This document shows, piece by piece, positions 25,473 to 36,100 of a stretch of DNA of 64,000 nt. A model generated the notes under the pieces. That model ran no database searches. It saw only the letters and a program-made list of their open reading frames with translations, and was not told the DNA's origin. This DNA comes from Klebsormidium nitens (Eukaryota; Plantae; Klebsormidiophyceae), in assembly GCA_000708835.1 (NCBI GenBank), contig DF237469.1, forward strand, positions 786-64,785. The letters are read 5' to 3'. The position numbers were made by a program, and so were the translations under genes. Positions within the stretch are counted from its first letter, which is position 1, and each line of letters starts with the position of its first letter.

Positions 25473-28400
25473 ATGACGTCCCGTTCCAGCCTCTCCCCCC
25501 GCAACAACATCTCCGCCTTCGAGGCCGTCCTCGAGAGCGGGAGCTTCGACACCGGCAGCCCGCGGAGCTCCGGGGGATCCCCCCACCACTCCCCGCGTGC
25601 CGGCGCCCTCTCCTCCCGCGTCGGACGCAGCTCTTTCGGCGGGTACGGCGAAGAATACAGCTCGGATGCTGGAGGGGGGTCCCCCCGAGCTAGCACCGTC
25701 TCCCCCCGGGCAGGGGTCCCGGCTGGCAGCCCCCGGGCGGGGGCAGTGCCGCTGAGGGTGAGCCGGCACCATGTGCGGCAGTCTCCTCTGCGCCGGTCGA
25801 CGAGCACGCGGCCGGCGAGCGTGACGATCCGGCTGAGCTGGCGCGTGTGGTTTCTGGTGGTCAGCGTGTTGGGTATGGCGTTGCTGCTTATCGCGATGCT
25901 GAGGATCGACCCGAAGGCGTACGACGCGGAGCGGGGGAGGGGGTTCGGGTGGGGCGCGGAGAGCCGCGCGATGCTCGAGCAGGTCTGGGAGGGGCGCAAG
26001 GTGAACCTCGGGAGGATGGGGGGGGAGGGGTTTCAGAAGCTGGAAGATACCGGGGAAGTGTGGGAGGAGGACTTTGTCGACGACTTCGTGCATTCTGTCG
26101 GGAATGGAAGCGGGGCGGCGAGCGCACTGAATCGGATGGACATGCCGATGCGGCACATTCACGGGAAGACTGAGCCGTGCCTTCTGCTCTCCCCCCCTGA
26201 AAGAATCGAGAAGCTGCGGCTACCCCCCCCGACCCCGGGGCCTGTAAAGAAGCTGCTCTACTACTCCCTTCCCCCCGAAAAGAAGATTGTGGCGGAGCCA
26301 GGGACTGCAGAAGGGGAGGACTCTGGTCCGGGGGGTTTGGCCTGGATGTTTACAGGAAACCAATCGTTGGAAGAGCGGCGGAGGAGCTTTGAGGTACGGG
26401 AACAGATGGAGGTGTACTGCGGGTTTGCGGATTCCGTGCCTGAGGAGTGGCGGCCGAGCGATGCGGAAGCTGAGGGGGTGGGGAGGGGAGATCGTGTGGC
26501 AGGCAGACGGCTTCTTGCATTGTCGGAGGAGGGAGAAGTCGATTCCGAACAGGCAACGTCTGACTTCGAAGGGTTGCCGTTAGAGAGAGGGGTTGCTGAT
26601 CTGGGGGTTTTTGAAAGCCCTCACCAGGAGAGACGGCCCGTGAGAGGGCTCCTCGAGTTTGATATGGGGGCTGGTGCCATAGGCGAGAGCAACTTAATGG
26701 GGGCAGAGGAAGGGAAAGACGCGAGTAAGGAGGCTGGGGGAGAGGGCGAGAGCGCTGTAAGCGAAAGATTGGCGGGCAGTGGGCCATTCTTTCAAATGGA
26801 CGAGAGGGATATGATCGACATTCGGCGGTGCAAGGTAGCCGTGATTACGGCGGCGTTTGGGGGCGGGGACGAGCTGTACCAGCCGATAGGCGCAACAAAA
26901 GTTGCGCTGAAGAAGGTGTGTTGCTCTGTTTTCCTCATTTTGTGCACAGTTTCGTGCAATTAAGACTGAACTCTGACTGCAACTCTTCAATTGAAGAATT
27001 GCTGCAAGGTCGAGTTTGGTTTTTCTCGTGGTCTCTAATCACCAATCAGTCAGTGACTCACCTTTTGGAGGAGTCTGCTGTTACTCAGGTCATACAATTC
27101 GGATACCATGCGGGTTTCAGAGGTCCCTTCTGCCTCGAGAAGCAAACAGCCAGAGAATCTATGTAGTTTTTGGAGCGTCCGGACTAGCCTGTCTCTACAG
27201 AGTTCCAAAATACACACTCGAAATCAGACTGCCTGGCGGGTGGGCACTCGACTCTCTCGCTTTCCTTGGCCCACCTTCTTTGTATGCGGTGACGTTCGAA
27301 TTCAGTGCTCTTTCGGAGTCCCTTTCACGCTGCACGCGTAACAGATCAAGGGTCTGGCTTGAGGGCAGTTTAACCCAGTACCTCACTCTTCCCCAGGTTT
27401 GCTACATCGCCTTTTGGGACGAGGTGACGTTGGAGGTCCAAGGCGCTGCGGGGTTCGTTCGCGATAGGGACACGCGGAAGATCGGGCGGTGGCGCGTTGT
27501 CGTGGTCTCCAACCTGCCGTTCTCGGACCAGCGGCGCAACGGCAAGATCCCCAAGATGCTCGCGCACCGGGTTATGCCAAACCTTCGGTACTCCATTTGG
27601 GTGGACAGGTCAGTAAACTTGTTTCCCTTCTGCCTGAGGTGATTTGGGCGTCGGATTGCAAGGGTTTCGAAAAAGAGCCCACAGACAGGGTGAAGGCGAA
27701 GATTGGGGTAGGGAGTGCAATTTATTGAAAAGCGAAACTCTTCTGCCCCTTGCACTTCGGCGACCTGTTGGGCGTGCTTTTCCCCTGACCTGACAGGAGT
27801 CTCCACACATCTTCACTTCCAAGACATCGCAATATGTTTAAATACTTGTTACTTCTGTCCCCGCAGTAAAGTCGCAGATTCATTGGGACCCCTGCAATCG
27901 TGGTACAGTGCAAATCAGACATAGCGAATTGTGTCCCGACTGACCAGACAGAAGATTTTCAGTGCAATTGAATCTCCAGGTTATCAACAGTTTGTTGAAG
28001 CACTTTGCAGATGGCAGCGAGCCGCAGTTTCAGCACCTGTTGGGCGTGGCAACATAGACAAAGCCGAAGGTCCATGGGTAAACCTAATAGTATCTTAGTC
28101 AGTCATCTTTGCATGTCAGTGAACCTTTAACCCTTCAGATCGTCAACAGCTTCTTGAAATTAGGAACGTTTCTGCTCCGGAGCAGCCAGTCCTACTTCCG
28201 GCGCGGCTCGCTGGGGGTGCTGGAAGCGCTACTGTGGATGATCAGACATTGTCCAGAATGATCTACTTTGTTGGATCACAAACCCCTTTCGCTCCCTGCA
28301 GCAAGTCGCAATTCGGCAGAATCCTTCGGGCGTGCTTATTTGCCACCCTGACATGCTGAAAGCAACTTGACAGACACATGCCAACCTACAGATCATGCTT

Positions 28401-30720
28401 TTATCAAAAACTGAATCTTCTGCTCCGTGCAGCAAGTCTCAGTTTCGGCGCGACCCGCTGGGCGAGCTGGAGGCGCTACTGTGGATTCTAAGTAAAATCT
28501 TTAGAATTGTTATACTAGTTTCGTTGGTACTATTACTCAGGTCTTTTGGTCCCTTGGCCAGACAAGTCTACGAGGTTTCGGCGCGACCCGCGTGGGCCNN
28601 NNNNNNNNNNNNNNNNNNNNNNNNNNNNNNNNNNNNNNNNNNNNNNNNNNNNNNNNNNNNNNNNNNNNNNNNNNNNNNNNNNNNNNNNNNNNNNNNNNNN
28701 NNNNNNNNNNNNNNNNNNNCGTCCACGTTTTACCGGTTCCGTCGGTACCCGACCTAGGGTCGGTAGTACGTCGGTAGGGACGGTCTACTAGTTCGGTAAA
28801 GTATACGTAAACTACTTACGAATGTTATCAGTTCGTGGACATTCTCAGGCTTTTGTCCCTGCAGCAAGTCTCAGTTTCGGCGCGACCCGCTGGGCGTGCT
28901 GGAAGGCTGCGCTGAAAGGAAAGATGACATCTCAGGCTGTTGTTAGTTTGTTGAAATCCTCATTCTTCTGTCCGCGCAGCAAGTCTCAGTTTCGGCGCGA
29001 CCCGCTGGGCGTGCTGGAGGCGCTGCTGTGGAATACTATGAACAACTCTCAAAATGTTATTAGTTCGTCAAATTCTCAGGCTTCTGTCCCTGCAGCAAGT
29101 CTCGGTTTCGGCGCGACCCGCTGGGCGTGCTGCAAGGCTGCGCTGAAAGGAAAGATGCAATCTTCATATTGTTATCAGTTTGTTGAAATACTCATTCTTC
29201 TGTTCCCGCAGCAAGTCGCAGTTCCGGCGGGACCCGCTGGGCGTGCTGGAGGCGCTGCTGTGGAAGACCGGCAAGCAGCTGGCTATCAGCGAGCACGGCG
29301 CGCGCAGCTGCGTGTACGCCGAGGGGGAGGCCGTCGTGCACAAGCACAAGGCGGGGCCAGAGGAGGTCAAGCGCCAGCTCGATTTTTACCGTGCAGGTGG
29401 GCAGGGGTTTTGTGTGGTTTGCATTTTTTGAGTTCCGCTTTGTCTCCTTTGCAACAAGGGTTTTGAGGTGGGTAGCCTACGGCACATCTTCCGCTACGCG
29501 CCGAGCAATCGTAGGGCCGGAGGAGATCAAGTGCCTGCTCGACTTCTACCGCGCTGGTGGGCAGGGGCTTTGATCTTTCCACTTCCAACTGGAAAGTTTG
29601 TCGTTCCATGATCTTCGTTTCGTCGCTTCGAGGCTAAAAAGATGGACTCCTCTGCCAAGATGAGGGGCTGTTAGGGTCACGTTTGCCTGGATCTTTGCAG
29701 AACGGCAGGTTATCTCGGCTTTTCGTTGTTGTGTTGTTTGGTTGCGGCAAAAAGAATTCGGAGGGGAGGATCCACAGGGCGTCTCCGGGTGATCGTACGA
29801 AGTCTCAGTATGGAATTGCATTATCCAACAAGAAGCTGAGGTTTGACCTCAGCTCGCTTCCTACGGCGCAGGAGCAGGGTTCGTTCTGTTCGCGCTTCTT
29901 TCCTCTGTTTTCGTCCTCTTCTTCTGTTTTTGTGTTGCTTGCGATCGCATCTAGTGTTCAAGGTGGTTGATGCTGGGCATCTCCTGACAAGAAGTGTTTG
30001 TTCTGAGGCTATCATCCGGCGAGCTTGTCACGTGCCCCAGCGGAAGCTCGATTCGAGTAGACACGTTGCGGGACCATTTGACGGTGTAGTAGTGGGTTTG
30101 GTTCAATGATGGTGCATTCTGTGCCCACTGGACCAAAGTGTTGGCAGCATATACCCTCGTCTGCCGGGCATGCCCGTCCGTGCTTTGTGCGAACATTGGT
30201 TGACGTCTTAACTGATCTCCCGCGTTTCTGCAAATGTCTTTCTCGGAATTTAGCGTGTCGAATCTGTCAGTCGGGCTGCGAAGGTCAAGTCTGGGCTCGG
30301 GTTTGGATCATCTCAGCAGGGTTCTTTTAAAAAAGAACGAGGTTTTTCGAGCTTTCAATTTCGCAGCCTTCCTTCCCATATCTGGGGATGACGTTGGTGC
30401 ACGAGTGGTCTCAACAAGTCTCTTGTTTTGATGACGCAGAGGGCTTGCCTGAAAATGCCACATTTGACGGGAAGAAGGCCCTGGCAGAGGCGTCAGTGAT
30501 CGTGCGGGAGCACTCTCCACTGGCCAATCTCTTCATGTGCAATTGGTTCAATGAGGGGGTCCGCTTCACACCTAGAGATCAGTTGAGTTTCGGTCATGTC
30601 CTCAGGAGATTAGACTCGCTTCACATCAAAATGTTCCCTGTGTGCACAAGAAAAGCTCTCGTCAACTCGATAGGGCACACTCGGAAGGCGAAGCCACTAT
30701 CAAAAGTAGAGGATACATAA
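25473..30720 (+). CDS. DUF616 (TOD1/MUCI70-like) putative hexosyltransferase, type II membrane protein, about 706 aa
   Basis: Exons 25473-26915, 27397-27608, 29212-29396, 30440-30720, phases consistent. TM WFLVVSVLGMALLLIAML. Motifs EVYCGF, VITAAFGGGDELYQP, CYIAFWDE, LPFSDQRRNGKIPKMLAHR, RYSIWVDSK, RDPLGVLEALLW, AISEH, CNWFNEGVRFTPRDQLSF. Confidence 0.93.
27850..29211 (+). repeat. Intronic tandem array of at least 9 decayed copies of [3' splice site + 5' part of DUF616 exon 3]
   Basis: Copies of gcag|caagtc(t/g)cagttt/ccggcgcgacccgctgggcgtgctg start near 27867, 28018, 28186, 28302, 28433, about 28562, 28865, 28980 and 29096; the real exon starts at 29212. Monomer about 115 bp, 231-232 bp dimer in the proximal part. 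Confidence 0.92.
28599..28719. other. Assembly gap inside the intronic repeat array
   Basis: 121 N. The flanks (about 28550-28598 and 28720-28820) look like noisy low-quality sequence. Confidence 0.95.
29511..29572 (+). repeat. Decayed duplicate of the DUF616 exon-3 3' end plus 5' splice site in the following intron
   Basis: gggccggaggagatcaagtgcctgctcgacttctaccgcgctggtgggcaggggcttt vs real ggggccagaggaggtcaagcgccagctcgatttttaccgtgcaggtgggcaggggttt; offset about 160 bp. Confidence 0.85.
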
Positions 30721-31759
30721 TGGGGGAAAACCAGTAACGAGGAGTGTAAGATTTATTCGTACAAAAGAAATGAGGTCTTCTTATAGACACAAGTGCGCGC
30801 GCTATTACTTCGTGTTCATCACAAGTACTTGCAACACCTCAAGTTCGGTAGCCACAGCGCTCGAACATACATCCTGATCTAAGCTTTGGCAATCGTGCTC
30901 TACTATTGTCACAACCAGCCACTTATCAAGCAATGGCTCCAGCTGAGTGGCTCACGTTGCATGCGTCAAAAGTCAAGCGTCAACGATCGTATGTATGCCA
31001 TGAGAAGCCTACGGCCGAACTGGCTGGCGTACTTGAAAAGAGACCATCGTCCTACACATGGGATTCGTCCACTTGGCCGGACTTGGCCTAGCTCGATCAT
31101 TTATGCACGGCGGGCCCGCGCCCGGCCGCCGCTAGTTTGCATGAGATGCCGCGAAGCTCTTTGGAAGCTAGGTGTGCACATGGATCTTGCAACATGAGCC
31201 ATGCCTCAATCAAGTGGGCGGCCGCATGCTGCGAATGATCTCTATCTTGTATAAACTAGAATTGAACCGTGCAATTAAAGCCTTGACTAGGCAACCTGGC
31301 ATGCCAACTGTGGGCTCCGGGCATGGCGGCCCTCTTCAATCACGTGGAAACCACTTAGTAGAGCTCGGCGTCCACAATTTTGGCTCACCAAGAGCAGAAT
31401 CAAGGTTTACTTGATTGATTGCATCAACTACCACTGCCAAGAGAAGGAATGGTCTTATGAGGTGTAAGAAACCAGACCTTCGGTTGGCATCCTTATATCA
31501 AGGCCTGTTGTTCCACTTTTTGAGAAAGATCCGGAATCTTATTCATCTGCACGCCCATGAAACATGGATAAAGAACAAAGCCTGTACATATACAGCGACG
31601 GTTGCAGCTACACATCCTTTGAAGTACTCTAGTAGGACCTGGATATGACAAGTGAGTCATGATAGCCGCTTGCTCCTCACGACTGGTTTGTAACGACCAA
31701 AGTTCGTAAATCTACATGATGGTTAGGGATGGTTGCTCACGGACAGATTTTCATAGGAC

Positions 31760-32419
31760 TCAAGTAGGACCTGGAAAAGATTTGAAGTACTCCGTGATAG
31801 CCGCTTGCTTCTCACGACTTGTTCCTTGTGATGATGCATCTTTTGTAGCTTGCTTGTCTCGATCTTTATCCTCCGCTTCCTCCGCTTCCCCTTTCCCATC
31901 ATACACAACTTTGTTGTCTGAAACCCTTCCCCAGGCGGTAAAGTTGTGGTCTTCCTTTCCCCCTGGCCTCAACAAATGTTGTACTCGGACTGGCTTGGTG
32001 GCAAGAAGGGCATCAGAGATGAGAGATCTATGACACATTCTCGGATTCAACTCCGCACACATGACTGCCACCGTTTTCTCTTGTCCAAGATCGACGAGCA
32101 TGTCAAGTGCTTTTTGGAAATCTTCTGTTTGCATGTAATCTGCAAAGCCTCTGAATGACGAACTCCGCCAAGCCGTGTTGAAAGAGTGTTCAATGGGTTT
32201 TCGAAAACCTCCTAATTTCTTTATGTGCTGGTAGGTGATACCTGCTTGTGCCAACAAAGCTGGCATGGTCCCATCTTTGTTGAATTGGGGATTTGTGCGG
32301 GACTTCGGGACAGTCCTCACGTCAAGGAGGACATTTACCCTCACCTCAGACAGCATTTCAATCAGTTCCTCAAGGGACCTCGTTCCATGCCCCACTGTGA
32401 AGACCGTCACCGAGGCCAT
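31760..32419 (-). CDS. Intronless DUF488-family protein of bacterial type, with an acidic/charged linker and C-terminal PIP-box-like motif
   Basis: ATG at 32419 (upstream in-frame ATG at 32452), TGA at 31760-31762. Motifs FTVGHGTRS, DVRTVPKSRTNPQFN, LGG, SFRGFADYMQT, MCAE, CHRSLISDAL are typical of prokaryotic DUF488. Tail ends KQAAITEYFKSFPGPT. Confidence 0.9.
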   Translation of the reverse strand: MASVTVFTVGHGTRSLEELIEMLSEVRVNVLLDVRTVPKSRTNPQFNKDGTMPALLAQAGITYQHIKKLGGFRKPIEHSFNTAWRSSSFRGFADYMQTEDFQKALDMLVDLGQEKTVAVMCAELNPRMCHRSLISDALLATKPVRVQHLLRPGGKEDHNFTAWGRVSDNKVVYDGKGEAEEAEDKDRDKQATKDASSQGTSREKQAAITEYFKSFPGPT

Positions 32420-33125
32420 GCTTCTGGATACCACGGTGCCGCATGCGTGCATTAAACCTGCGCCTTAGATGGTGCTGAACATGCTCAGGAACACTGCGCC
32501 TCCTTTCACCCTACACAGACGATGGTGCACGTCACCCTGCAGTGCAGCATATTTTCCAGGAGATTGAGCTCCACTCAAATCCAGGAAGGCAGCTGACATA
32601 GAGCAGCTAGTACCAGCTCACGACGACGGCCATGTGACCTGTCGAATGCTGTTCAGCAAGGCATGACGCAAATTGCAGTGGCAAAGTCGAAGCCTGATCA
32701 ACGAAGGTGGCAAGAAAGCCTCTGCAGAGAATGCTGCGCTGTCGTCCTCTCGAATCCGTATTTAGACGCCGAAACTAACGAAGTAGAGTTTCAAGATGAG
32801 GTATCGATCGTCATCGAAAGAGGTGCGTCACCTCCACAAAGCTTGATGGCCATGGGCCTGACATTTAACGAGGGAGTTCCTCGTGACTTGAGCAGATCAG
32901 TGCCGAAGGCGCAGAAAGGCGCGCAGCTCCTGGTTGGCATCTGGCAGAGGGTTGGCAGAGCCGCACAGCAAGGCAACTCCGCTTGGACGTGCAGCTTGTG
33001 AAGGTAGATTGTTGCAGACCAGGAGGTCACGCCCCTGCACGCCTGGTCGGGCTGTGTTGCTGAAGTGGCCATCCGGTTCCGAGTCATATCAATCTTGTTT
33101 TGCGGTCCGTTCCGAAATTTGCAAG

Positions 33126-36100
33126 ATGGGGCAGAACATGTCCTTGGAAGAAAAGGTACGCTATTACTCCTGTGAAAGACAAGTGCATGCCTGCTGCGTG
33201 TGATCTTGTCAGCGCAGTAGGGATCTTGTTGCCACTCTGTGCGTTTCTCCAGAATCCTTGCAGTATCTTGATGCAAAGGTGTTCAGACATGACACGCTTG
33301 TAAATACAGACACGCTCCTATGTCTCTGCAGGTGTATGTGTGCACCACCAAGGGGGACATTGCTAACCTTCGCAAGTTGAGAAGCAACGGCGCAGGACTG
33401 GAGGTATGCTTCATCATCAGCTTTCTTGATCTCCCTTGTTCCATCTGACTTGGATTTTCTCAAAATTTCAATCTGCATCGTTCTTGCGGGGGTCCTTTGG
33501 TTTCTCTGTTGAAAATTCAGTCATCGCCTGAATGTTGCATGCACACGAGTCTAGCATATACAAGTCACAGGGCAGCCTCTGTCAAGAAACCCCAAGCATT
33601 TGGAAGCATGGCTGGCAAGAGAGGAGCATTAGGTAGGCCGGCTCCAGTTTCAGCTGATTCACACCTCACCGTGTAAAACTTTTTCCATCTGCCAAATGTC
33701 AGTGGCCATTTACGACTCCATCTTCTGATGAGTTTCCTCATTTGAACCAAGGTTTCTCACTTTTGAAAGTCCAGGGGAAACCCCAGGGTGAGACTATCTA
33801 ATCTCTGAGTCTTGATGTATGTGTTTGCAGTGGACGGATCCTAAGGGTCGCACTTCACTGATGTATGCATGCAATCATGCGGAGCTTTATGAAACAGCGA
33901 AGACCTTGTTGGAGCTGGGAGCAGAGAAAAATGCGTTCCGGCCACGTAAGTACTTGATGAACAACAGGTTAAGATGTTGCAAAAGATCAACTTTGTTTGG
34001 GAATTCTTTTTGAGTAGACTTTGGTGGTCATTTGTGCAATCTTCAATGCACTTGTCCTGTACATTCTGGCATTGTGGCAAATTTTGGCTCCTCCTTTATT
34101 GTGCAAGAATTCCCACTCTGAGAACCTTTCAAAACAAGAAGACATTGAATTAAGAAGACAATAAGACAGGACAGTTGACTTTCTGCATTAGAATCTTATT
34201 AGCTTTTCCCATTGAACCCTAATGCGGGGTTTTTGCCTCCTGTTATTTGCTGTGCTTATATGTTGCACGGTTGGCACTTGCTGATATAAGTCGAAGCAAT
34301 GCTGTTGTTACAGGTGAGGGTGGAGGGACGCCGCTACATCATGCCGCCAGGCAAGGGCAGGAGCGGATTGCTGCTCTGCTGCTTTCATACAATGGTGAGG
34401 AAGTTATCAAGGATCGAGAAGTAGGATAAGATGTGTGGATCCTAGAAGGTAGGAAAATGTAGACGGGTTCAGGCACTAAGAGATCCCGCACCAGGTTGTA
34501 AACTTGGTGCAGGATGTTTGCTCTGAAGGTTGTTCCTAGGCTGGAAGTCGTAAAAAATGGTGATGATGTGACCGACGTCTCTTTAAAGTTCGAAGCTGGT
34601 GCTTCTGCTTCATTGTGAGTTAGGAGGGGCCCTCTGGAGAAGGGACTTGTTTTCAAGACTGGTGTCATCTCCTGGATTGATTAATTTTGGAAGAGCAAAC
34701 TGAACGCAACGACCGTTTTGAAGACAGGCGCTTACCTTCTGATAGCTAGTTACGGACACCGGCCTGGACTTCCCTGTTGAAACTGCAGTGTTGTGTCTTC
34801 TGCAGCGAATCCTTTCGTCGTGAACGATGAGAATGAGACGGCACATGACATTGCAAGGCGATCTGGCTATGTTGGGGTGGTTCGTGCCATTGAGGTAGGT
34901 TTTTGGCTTCACCAGTTTGTCCCTCATTGTTGGAAGACGTTCTTGCTTGTGACTTTGGTGAGGTTGCTGTCGCATTTGCAGCAACCGAGGATTTTGACAG
35001 TAGCATGGCATGGTTGACGTGTACGGACACTCTTTGCAGAAAAAGCAGATATTTTTGGATATCGCATGTGCTTTCTTCTTGTGAGAGCTTGTCATGCACA
35101 TGAAACAGCTCTTCAAACCTGCTTGTATACGAACTCTAGCACATTTGTAGAGGTATCTGGTCTAGGGTGCTCTTGGCCAAGGTTTTCTTTTCACCCGGAA
35201 GTGGCGATGTCTCTGCATCTCAAGCCGTTGCTCTATTTACTGTTGCAGCAAAAGATCTCCTTGTTTGCGGCACCCATGAGGGAGCAGACGGGAAGCGCCC
35301 CAGGGTTTCTGGAGAAGTTTGTGTCGCAGTTCATCTTCACAAACGTGTGAGTTCTCCCTTCTTTCTGATTGTCGCATTGTGTAACACCGTCATCAACATT
35401 ACCATTTCACACTGGAGTGCAGTAATGTTGTCCCCTTCTATGTTATGTAAACTGGTCCTGATCTAAGTACAGGTTCGACCAAGTTTCCACTCGTCTGCGT
35501 AGGTGCAGCACCAAGACTTGCTGATACTCATTCTCAAATGGCATGTCTTTTGAGCTGACTGCTGTAAGTATCGATTTTCAATACTCTGATAATGAAGTGA
35601 AGGCTTTGGTCTCGCTGCAGGTATGTGGTGGTGATCCCCAGCCGGCCTGATATGAACAAGCCTCCAACGTTCATCCTCATGGTGTACCCCTCTGATAGGG
35701 TGAGTCAGCTTCCGCAATCTGTGCACAGTGGGGTACGTCATTTTTCTGATCCGTGTAAGAAAGAGACTGACATGCAGCAAAGCTGCATGACACTGGATCT
35801 GAAAAGTCGAGTGGACAGAGCTTGTCAGATTACATCTTGACCCCGTTGCTTTATGAAAGGACATCAAGTGGGATAGCTGTTCATCTTATAAACATACGTC
35901 GTAGAAGATGAATGAAATTGCTCCGAAAGGCAACCTTGCCTACCAGACACTCTTTATCTGATGACCTGCCCACCACTAGGGTAGCGTCGAAAAGAAGGTG
36001 TGTGAGAGGTTTTTTAGAAAGCCGGGGCAAGAACTGCCTTAAAAGCAGATCCTTTCAAAGTGCTGCTAGAGCTGGTTAGAGGACTCTGTACTTGTACTGC

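Noticed and set aside
25365-26787. Long antisense and alternative-frame ORFs over DUF616 exon 1 (similar ones over XBAT, GATA and kinesin exons)
   Set aside because: Shadow ORFs of GC-rich coding sequence.
28720-28820. GTAC/CGGT-rich stretch right of the first gap
   Set aside because: Looks like low-quality read-end noise adjacent to Ns.
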